Shown here: piece by piece, positions 1 through 5,527 of the stretch
Layout of the letters: each line of letters starts with the position of its first letter
How positions within the stretch are numbered: the stretch's first letter is position 1
IMG/VR virus record: IMGVR_UViG_3300044638_000550
Reading direction: 5' to 3' (one strand)
Source: an uncultured virus (IMG/VR IMGVR_UViG_3300044638_000550)
Taxonomy: Duplodnaviria; Heunggongvirae; Uroviricota; Caudoviricetes
DNA length: 20,000 nt
Notes under the pieces: model-generated
Databases searched by the model: none
Told to the model about the DNA's origin: nothing
The model's input: only the letters and a program-made list of their open reading frames with translations
Position numbers and translations under genes: made by a program

Positions 1-1
1 C

Positions 2-76
2 CTCAACATTGCCAAAACCATCCTGTTCAAAATCATGGATGGCGAATTAGTTGGCACACAACCATCACGCATTTAA
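2..76 (+). CDS. 3' end of an upstream phage gene (partial; ...LNIAKTILFKIMDGELVGTQPSRI*)
   Basis: Open frame from the window edge to TAA at 74-76, followed directly by the AGGAG RBS of the next gene. Confidence 0.6.
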   Translation, partial: LNIAKTILFKIMDGELVGTQPSRI

Positions 77-88
77 AGGAGAAACAAA

Positions 89-286
89 ATGATTATCAAC
101 GGATATACACCAAAAGAATTTGCAAGTGACTTGGTAATTGGATGGATTCAAAACATCTATAACTTTAAAACAGCCGATCTTGATGATTTGACTGAAAGCC
201 AACAAAAGCAAGTGAAATTGCAATTAGCAAAAATTCACAAAAAACTTTTAGATTCAACAAAACTTGATGCAGTTTATTTAGATTAA
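89..286 (+). CDS. small hypothetical phage protein (65 aa)
   Basis: Strong SD (AAGGAG) just upstream of ATG 89; co-oriented with the early cluster. Confidence 0.75.
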   Translation: MIINGYTPKEFASDLVIGWIQNIYNFKTADLDDLTESQQKQVKLQLAKIHKKLLDSTKLDAVYLD

Positions 287-292
287 CCAAGC

Positions 293-306
293 AGGGCTTC
301 GGCCCT
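293..306 (+). promoter_or_regulatory. intergenic cUUCGg tetraloop hairpin (AGGGC-TTCG-GCCCT)
   Basis: Perfect 5-bp stem closed by C(UUCG)G. It has no U-tract and lies just upstream of the AAGGA RBS of ORF 320. Confidence 0.65.
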
Positions 307-319
307 CCAAGGAAACCAA

Positions 320-592
320 ATGACTGAATTCAAACTCCACTATTACTTTGATGACGTTGTGTCTTATGACAATGGCACAACGCTTGAGAATGTCAAAGTC
401 GGCTATGACTACTACCCCGCAGAAATCAATATGCCCCATGACCACAACTCAGCGGAAATCTACGATGTGTTTATCTTTAACTTAAAAGGTGATGACATTT
501 CTTGTGATCTGCCCTTATCAGAATTTCAACACATCATGTCTGAAACCAAGATTCACCACGCTCGTATGCTGAAAGAACAAAATGAAATCTAA
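320..592 (+). CDS. small acidic hypothetical phage protein (90 aa)
   Basis: RBS AAGGA upstream; D/E- and aromatic-rich; no family recognised. Confidence 0.75.
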   Translation: MTEFKLHYYFDDVVSYDNGTTLENVKVGYDYYPAEINMPHDHNSAEIYDVFIFNLKGDDISCDLPLSEFQHIMSETKIHHARMLKEQNEI

Positions 593-674
593 GATTATCC
601 AAACACTTGTTGAGTGCTTTTTAGCCATCGTCATCTTTGGCGGTATTGGTGTACTTTTAGCCTGGCGGGGGTAA
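582..674 (+). CDS. 30-aa single-pass membrane peptide MKSKIIQTLVECFLAIVIFGGIGVLLAWRG (absent from ORF track)
   Basis: Translated by hand: ATG 582, TAA 672-674. Basic N-terminus, ~20-aa hydrophobic helix and WRG end. It fills the gap between ORF 320-592 and ATG 677. Confidence 0.7.
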   Translation: MKSKIIQTLVECFLAIVIFGGIGVLLAWRG

Positions 675-676
675 GC

Positions 677-862
677 ATGATTGACCAACTAAAAGATTAC
701 TTCCGCTTGCCATCGGCTAATGAGTTGGCGGTTAAAGAACTTGAAATGGCACATAGAAAGCTGCTAGTGGCTCTCAGCGCCCAAGAATATGCAAAGCGTA
801 TGTGTGACTACCACTCAGACCGAATCAAACGCCTAACGGCTTATTTAAAGGAAGAAGCATGA
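677..862 (+). CDS. small helical hypothetical protein (61 aa, MIDQLKDYFRLPSANELAVKELE...)
   Basis: Start reassigned from 614 to ATG 677, 2 nt after the stop of the 30-aa ORF; ATGA overlap with the next gene. Confidence 0.7.
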   Translation: MIDQLKDYFRLPSANELAVKELEMAHRKLLVALSAQEYAKRMCDYHSDRIKRLTAYLKEEA

Positions 863-1413
863 ACGTCCAAGAATTACTTAAACTGAATGTCAATGAACAT
901 ACAGAAAAGAAAGCAAACCTAACTTATCTGTCATGGGCTTGGGCATGGGCTGAAGCACTCAAGGCCGATGCTAAAGCCACGTTCAAAGTAGAAATGTTTG
1001 GCGACAAATGTTTCATGGACATCAACGGCACGGCAATGGTTTGGGTTACGGTCACCATGTTTGACAAACCAATGACTTGCCAGCTACCCGTGATGGATCA
1101 CCGCAACAAAGCCATTCAAAGCCCCGATGCTTTCCAAGTCAACACCGCCATCATGCGTTGCATGACCAAAGCACTTAGCTTGCATGGTCTTGGTCTATAT
1201 TTGTATAGCGGTGACGATCTGCCATCTTTTGTAGAGCCTGAGTCAACCATTGACCCAGATAGCATGACAGACTTGTTTTTGGCCATCCACAACGCTAAGA
1301 CGCAAGACGAATTGAAGTTGGCCTACAAAATAGCTTACTCGGCTTGTGATGGCGACAAGGCTTGGCAGATTAAAGTGATTGCAGCTAAAGATGAAGCAAA
1401 GGGGAAATTATGA
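859..1413 (+). CDS. single-strand annealing protein, Sak3/DUF1071 (Rad52-like) family
   Basis: N-terminal VNEHTEKK..LTYLSWAWAW and C-terminal NTAIMRCMTKALSLHGLGLYLYSGDDLP motifs are typical of DUF1071/Sak3; adjacent to an exonuclease. Confidence 0.85.
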   Translation: MNVQELLKLNVNEHTEKKANLTYLSWAWAWAEALKADAKATFKVEMFGDKCFMDINGTAMVWVTVTMFDKPMTCQLPVMDHRNKAIQSPDAFQVNTAIMRCMTKALSLHGLGLYLYSGDDLPSFVEPESTIDPDSMTDLFLAIHNAKTQDELKLAYKIAYSACDGDKAWQIKVIAAKDEAKGKL

Positions 1414-2036
1414 TTGAAATGATTGAACAACGCTCAGACCAATGGTTTGCAGCACGAATTGGCAAAGTCACCGCATCCCGTGTGGCCGATGTGCTTGCCA
1501 AGACTAAAACGGGCTATTCGGCAACCCGTGACAACTACATGGCTCAATTGGTATGTGAACGCCTAACGGGTGAAAAGGGAGAGAGTTTTACCAATGCTGC
1601 TATGCAACACGGCACAGAAACAGAACCCCTAGCCAGAGCAGCTTATGAGGCGCTTAAAGACGTTTTAGTTGATGAAGTGGGGTTTGTGCCTCACCCATCA
1701 ATAATCATGGCGGGTGCGTCCCCTGATGGGCTTGTGGGGGACGATGGCTTGCTAGAAATCAAATGCCCCAACACCGCCACGCACATTGAGACTTTGTTGT
1801 CTCAAACCGTGCCAGGCAAGTACAACACGCAAATGCAATTCCAAATGGCTTGCACGAACCGTAGCTGGTGTGACTTTGTGTCTTTTGACAATCGTCTGCC
1901 CCAAGAACTTCAATTGTTTGTTAAACGTGTCCCAAGGGACAATATGTATATCAGGCTAATGGAAGAAGAAATTGTCAAATTCTTAAATGAACTTGACATC
2001 AAAATTGCTCAACTTATGGAAATTAAAAATGTCTAA
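1410..2036 (+). CDS. YqaJ / lambda-exonuclease-family 5'-3' exonuclease
   Basis: Motifs QRSDQWFAARIGKVTAS, AMQHGTETEPLAR, GASPDGL, LEIKCP (PD-(D/E)xK) and QMQFQM...WCDFVSFD. Confidence 0.93.
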   Translation: MIEMIEQRSDQWFAARIGKVTASRVADVLAKTKTGYSATRDNYMAQLVCERLTGEKGESFTNAAMQHGTETEPLARAAYEALKDVLVDEVGFVPHPSIIMAGASPDGLVGDDGLLEIKCPNTATHIETLLSQTVPGKYNTQMQFQMACTNRSWCDFVSFDNRLPQELQLFVKRVPRDNMYIRLMEEEIVKFLNELDIKIAQLMEIKNV

Positions 2037-2268
2037 ACTTTACGAAATTACCGTTGTATCGGGTAAATACAAAAACAAAGAGGGTGTGGAAAAATCACGC
2101 TATCAAACCATTGGCTCGGTTATTGAAACAAAGAACGGCCCAATGCTTAAACTTGATAGCATCCCACTTCCCGATGGCGGTTGGAACGGTTGGGCTTATC
2201 TAAACACCCCAAAGCCAAAAGAGGAATATAAAGGTTTGCCACGGGACGATGAAGAAATCCCATTCTAA
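2029..2268 (+). CDS. small putative ssDNA-binding protein (79 aa) with acidic DDEEIPF tail
   Basis: Start reassigned to ATG 2029, overlapping the exonuclease stop. Beta-rich aromatic/basic core, SSB-type C-terminal tip, and position after SSAP and exonuclease. Confidence 0.7.
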   Translation: MSKLYEITVVSGKYKNKEGVEKSRYQTIGSVIETKNGPMLKLDSIPLPDGGWNGWAYLNTPKPKEEYKGLPRDDEEIPF

Positions 2269-2273
2269 TTAAC

Positions 2274-2330
2274 GGGGGGAACGCTGTGCAAAGGATTTTC
2301 CTAGCTTGCAGACGAGCAGCTAGTACCCCC
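2274..2330 (+). ncRNA. structured intergenic RNA element with loop-E/sarcin-ricin (bulged-G) motif
   Basis: Nested pairings GGGGG/CCCCC, GAAC/UAGUA internal loop, GCTG/CAGC, TGCAA/TTGCA and AGGA/TCCT occupy most of the intergenic gap. Confidence 0.7.
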
Positions 2331-2348
2331 ACCAAATAAGGAAACATC

Positions 2349-2675
2349 ATGGACTATAAAGAAACATTTAAACGCATTTTTGCCATGCCTGAATTCCCAA
2401 GAGTTCGTGCAAATGATCCCCTTACATCGTTTGAGGCAGCGGAATCAATCAAAGACTCTGTGTCTCAGCACCACCAAACTATTTTGGATTGCCTTCAAAA
2501 ACACGGTGCTTTGGGCAAAGATGGCATTTCAGCCCGTACAAACTTAGATGGCAATCAAGTGGCTAGGCGACTCAACGAAATGAAAGTTATTGGGCTTATC
2601 CAATTGACGGGCAACACGGTTAAATCAAACTCAGGCAGAAACGAAAGAGAATGGCAATGTATCCACTTGGACTAA
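2349..2675 (+). CDS. putative winged helix-turn-helix DNA-binding protein
   Basis: RANDPLTSFEAA motif followed by ILDCLQKHGALGKDGISARTNLDGNQVARRLNEM..GLI (HTH) and a beta wing; RBS AAGGA. Confidence 0.7.
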   Translation: MDYKETFKRIFAMPEFPRVRANDPLTSFEAAESIKDSVSQHHQTILDCLQKHGALGKDGISARTNLDGNQVARRLNEMKVIGLIQLTGNTVKSNSGRNEREWQCIHLD

Positions 2676-2845
2676 ATGGCAATCAACCCGTCCACAAATT
2701 ACGATCTTGTAATAAGTGTGATGAAGTCAAACCACCCGAGGGGGGGATTGACATGGGGCATAAATGGATTTGCCAAAGTTGTTGGATTTCTAGGAAAATA
2801 GGCCGACACCAAAGGAATACAAATGACCAAAGACGATCTAATTAG
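2651..2845 (+). CDS. small Zn-finger protein (CNKC...CQSC); start may be 2657
   Basis: Two CxxC motifs; overlaps its neighbours as in a tightly packed operon. Confidence 0.65.
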   Translation: MAMYPLGLNGNQPVHKLRSCNKCDEVKPPEGGIDMGHKWICQSCWISRKIGRHQRNTNDQRRSN

Positions 2846-3017
2846 TTTGCTACGCATCACGGGCGCTCAAGAAGCCTCCATAGACGCTGTATGCGCTGCT
2901 TACGATGCGGGTTGGAACGATGCCCTTGATGACTACGTTAAACGCTTAGAGGCGCTTTCTTTTGGCAAAGACACGATAGACAGTTTTTCGGTGTTTATCA
3001 GGTCAGCTAAGAAATAG
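2823..3017 (+). CDS. small hypothetical phage protein (64 aa)
   Basis: RBS AAGGA upstream; AYDAGWNDAL-type motif common in small phage proteins; last + strand gene. Confidence 0.7.
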   Translation: MTKDDLISLLRITGAQEASIDAVCAAYDAGWNDALDDYVKRLEALSFGKDTIDSFSVFIRSAKK

Positions 3018-3479
3018 CGCTCTTTCATCAATTCTGCGCTTTTGCAAACCTTTTAGGACTTTGCCACCCGCCATGCAATATTTTAGAAGTTCCTCGGCAG
3101 CGCCCGCCATATCGCCACGCAACACCTTTTGACGTAAGGTTGACCTTTGTAGAGTGCCAAGACCTACATTGAAAGAAAATGAAACGAGCGAATCAAACTG
3201 TCCTTGAGTAAGAGGCACAGGGCAATAAGTAGCCACTCCTTTCTCAAACCTAGCAAGATCAGCCCTAAGAATTGCATTTACTTCTTCTTTTGAAAACGCT
3301 CGATTATCTTCTTGAGCCAAAGGGAAACCGCCTCTTTGATCAATTGGCATCTTGCCTTGATTTGGGTAAAGAACATGACCTACTCCTATTGTCCATAACT
3401 TAGCTGGGCATTGATACGGTTTAAATCTTACACCCTCATGGTGCTTGATCATTTCAATTGTTTTAGAACTGACGTTCAT
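3003..3479 (-). CDS. endolysin, GH24 (T4-lysozyme-like) muramidase, no SAR domain
   Basis: HEG..PYQC.....TIGVGH triad (E15-C24-T30), QFDSLVSFSFNVG and AGGKVLKGLQKRR.DERALF. Confidence 0.93.
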   Translation of the reverse strand: MNVSSKTIEMIKHHEGVRFKPYQCPAKLWTIGVGHVLYPNQGKMPIDQRGGFPLAQEDNRAFSKEEVNAILRADLARFEKGVATYCPVPLTQGQFDSLVSFSFNVGLGTLQRSTLRQKVLRGDMAGAAEELLKYCMAGGKVLKGLQKRRIDERALFLS

Positions 3480-3991
3480 TTGCCAAAGGCTCTGCCGCCA
3501 AAGTGGAAAGCAATGATGGAAGCAAACAAGGCCTGGGTGTCAGAGTCCCACAACATTTCAGCCAAATCCACAAATGTTGCACCGCTATGCCATCCATACG
3601 CAAACAAGCCAACATCTACAAACAACAACAAGAAAAAGAAACCGTAAGTGATGACAGGGCGAACAGAAGCCCTTAGATTCCTCATCCAAGGTGATGTGCC
3701 TTCATTTAGGCTTGTGTCATGGGCATAGATTGCCGACATTTCGGCTTGTTGTGCGCCAATCAAAATTTGTTGAGTGTTAGCAGCGCTCTCAGTAGCCAAT
3801 TGTTCAGACCTGATGTTTTCAATTCTTTCCTGTGCTTCAAACCCCGCCTTACGCAATTCCAACTCACGGGTTATTTGCATTTGAGCCAAAGCCAACTCAT
3901 GTAGCTTGTCGGCTCGATCTTGAAAGAAATCTAAAATCTTTGGCAAACCGCCCATTAAAAAAGAAATCAAGGTTGAGAGTAGTGTCAGCAT
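3476..3991 (-). CDS. putative holin (GTA 3TM-holin-like)
   Basis: N-terminal hydrophobic helix, coiled coil, then LRASVRPVITYGFF TM segment and a C-terminal FHFGGRAFGK; directly upstream of the endolysin. Confidence 0.65.
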   Translation of the reverse strand: MLTLLSTLISFLMGGLPKILDFFQDRADKLHELALAQMQITRELELRKAGFEAQERIENIRSEQLATESAANTQQILIGAQQAEMSAIYAHDTSLNEGTSPWMRNLRASVRPVITYGFFFLLLFVDVGLFAYGWHSGATFVDLAEMLWDSDTQALFASIIAFHFGGRAFGK

Positions 3992-4254
3992 TTGGAGTCC
4001 TTTTTATCATCGTTTTGCATAAGTTTGATACCACTCAGGAATCCAATCATGCCTCCGATAAGAGTAGAAAAAGCGGGTGAAATCATTTTGAAAATCTCTG
4101 CGTTGTCCACTTCCTTTGCCCACAAGCCCAACATAAAGCTGACCACCATGGCCAACACGGAGATACATAGGGTTGTGCTTACCATGAGGGTGACGTATAG
4201 CGTCAGCTTGTCTCTGGTGTCTGGTGTCGTTTTGGGCGTTGGTTTCTTGGTCAT
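3985..4254 (-). CDS. two-TM membrane protein in the lysis region
   Basis: Two hydrophobic segments (LTLYVTLMVSTTLCISVLAMVVSFMLGLW; ISPAFSTLIGGMIGFLSGI) with charged termini. Confidence 0.7.
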   Translation of the reverse strand: MTKKPTPKTTPDTRDKLTLYVTLMVSTTLCISVLAMVVSFMLGLWAKEVDNAEIFKMISPAFSTLIGGMIGFLSGIKLMQNDDKKDSKC

Positions 4255-4490
4255 ACAAGGGCATCAATTTGTCGTTTCAGATTGGTAATGTCAATGTTTA
4301 TCGTAATCTGTCGCATTCTGTACTCATAAATTTCATACTCATATTGATGAAACTTTTTGACTTGTTGGTCAATTTGCACTTGCACCGCCCGTTCAGCGTC
4401 TAATCTTTCCACCCGCTTGGCAAACGCTTCTGTTTGGATTGCATGGTTTGGCTGAACTATTGGATACCATTTGTCGTAACTGATCTTCAC
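4251..4490 (-). CDS. hypothetical coiled-coil protein (79 aa)
   Basis: 4-nt start/stop overlaps with both neighbours (GTG start); helical, Q/E/R-rich. Confidence 0.6.
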   Translation of the reverse strand: MKISYDKWYPIVQPNHAIQTEAFAKRVERLDAERAVQVQIDQQVKKFHQYEYEIYEYRMRQITINIDITNLKRQIDALV

Positions 4491-4774
4491 TTCTTTTCCC
4501 GATCAAGCGCATCTTTGTACCCGTAAATTATCTTTGATCTAAGTATTACCGTGTCAGCCGTTCCCGCCCAATCAGGCAAATTGTTCCACATCAACACATA
4601 ATCTGTTGTCTTGCAATGCTCTGCGTTGTGAATCAACCATGCAAGCATCTCCTTGTGCCGTTCTGTTGGGTCATGGACGGTGTAGCCAATTCCATAGAAT
4701 TCTCTAACGTAACACCCGTTCTTGGCTACCGCACCTACTAGCCCAAACAACAAAAGCAGAATGAGCCAACGCAT
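4487..4774 (-). CDS. exported/periplasmic protein with signal peptide (95 aa)
   Basis: MRWLILLLLFGLVGAVA is a classical Sec signal with an AxA cleavage site; two Cys in the mature part. Confidence 0.7.
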   Translation of the reverse strand: MRWLILLLLFGLVGAVAKNGCYVREFYGIGYTVHDPTERHKEMLAWLIHNAEHCKTTDYVLMWNNLPDWAGTADTVILRSKIIYGYKDALDREKK

Positions 4775-4778
4775 TCAT

Positions 4779-4982
4779 TTACTTTGACCAATAGTGTGAA
4801 ATGTAACCAAAGATTGAGGAAACGCCCGACACAAGCGCCATGCCCATCCAAAAGCCACCACGCCCCTTGTTTGCTAAAGCAATGAGGGTTTCCATGTTGG
4901 CTTCTAGCTTGTCAATCTTGGCTTCCATTGATTCAACTTTTTGCCAAAGCACACCATACTTGACCAAATCAATGTCGGACAT
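4779..4982 (-). CDS. coiled-coil plus C-terminal TM protein (XhlA-like / holin-like, 67 aa)
   Basis: Start reassigned to ATG 4982 (MSDIDLVKYG). Heptad segment followed by ANKGRGGFW and a TM helix. Confidence 0.65.
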   Translation of the reverse strand: MSDIDLVKYGVLWQKVESMEAKIDKLEANMETLIALANKGRGGFWMGMALVSGVSSIFGYISHYWSK

Positions 4983-4983
4983 A

Positions 4984-5526
4984 TCAGGCCTTTTGGATAA
5001 ACGCAAGCGCATAGTACAAAGGCAAAGTAGCACCGCCTGAAGTCACCACGGCAGAAGTGAAACCGCCCGTGTTGCCAACAGCATAAGAGTTACCCGCACC
5101 AATCACAAACCGATCACGCAAGTCGGGTGTGCCGTTAGAGCCATTGCAAAGGTAATAGCCAACGGGGATTGATCCAATTGAACCCGACCACATGATGATG
5201 CTTCCCGATGGGATTGGGTTGGTGCTTGCCGCAGTTCCCAAGATGCCATAAAGGTTGTCGTATGTGGCAATCTGCACGTTGGCAGAGTCGGTCAAAATGA
5301 ACTTATAGGAAAAGCCCTCGGTCAACCAAATTTCTTGTGGAGGGCGACCGCTTGTCCCCAACTGAATAGGGTTGGTGTTAGCAATCGTACCCGCTGAAGT
5401 CGTGTAAGTTGTCAACGGGGTGCTTGAACCCGCTTGGTAGGTATAGATAAACCCACCATCTAACGGGATGCCCGTGTTGGTAAAGAATTGAAAACCGTTA
5501 CCGATAGGTGCAAGATTGACTGCCAT
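4984..5526 (-). CDS. short tailspike/fibre: P22 head-binding-like N-domain plus phage tail-collar domain
   Basis: QFFTNTGIPLDGGFIYTYQAGSSTP...NTNPIQL..SGR N-domain; collar motifs PSGSIIMWSG..IPVGYYLCNGSNGTPDLRDRFVIGAG and YYALAFIQK; gp9 position after the ejection genes. Confidence 0.75.
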   Translation of the reverse strand: MAVNLAPIGNGFQFFTNTGIPLDGGFIYTYQAGSSTPLTTYTTSAGTIANTNPIQLGTSGRPPQEIWLTEGFSYKFILTDSANVQIATYDNLYGILGTAASTNPIPSGSIIMWSGSIGSIPVGYYLCNGSNGTPDLRDRFVIGAGNSYAVGNTGGFTSAVVTSGGATLPLYYALAFIQKA

Positions 5527-5527
5527 T

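Noticed and set aside
614..676. ORF-track N-terminal extensions (also starts at 1987, 5033, 15076, 16076, 18214)
   Set aside because: They overlap upstream genes or a terminator; downstream ATGs with an RBS or translational coupling fit better.
2274..2330. Intergenic structure as a tRNA, intrinsic terminator or self-cleaving ribozyme
   Set aside because: No cloverleaf or T-loop, no U-tract on either strand, and no hammerhead core (CUGAUGA/GAAA) recognised.
4487..4774. Exported protein as an o-spanin lipoprotein
   Set aside because: Cys21 is preceded by KNG rather than a lipobox, an SPase I AVA site is present, and the protein is not Pro-rich.
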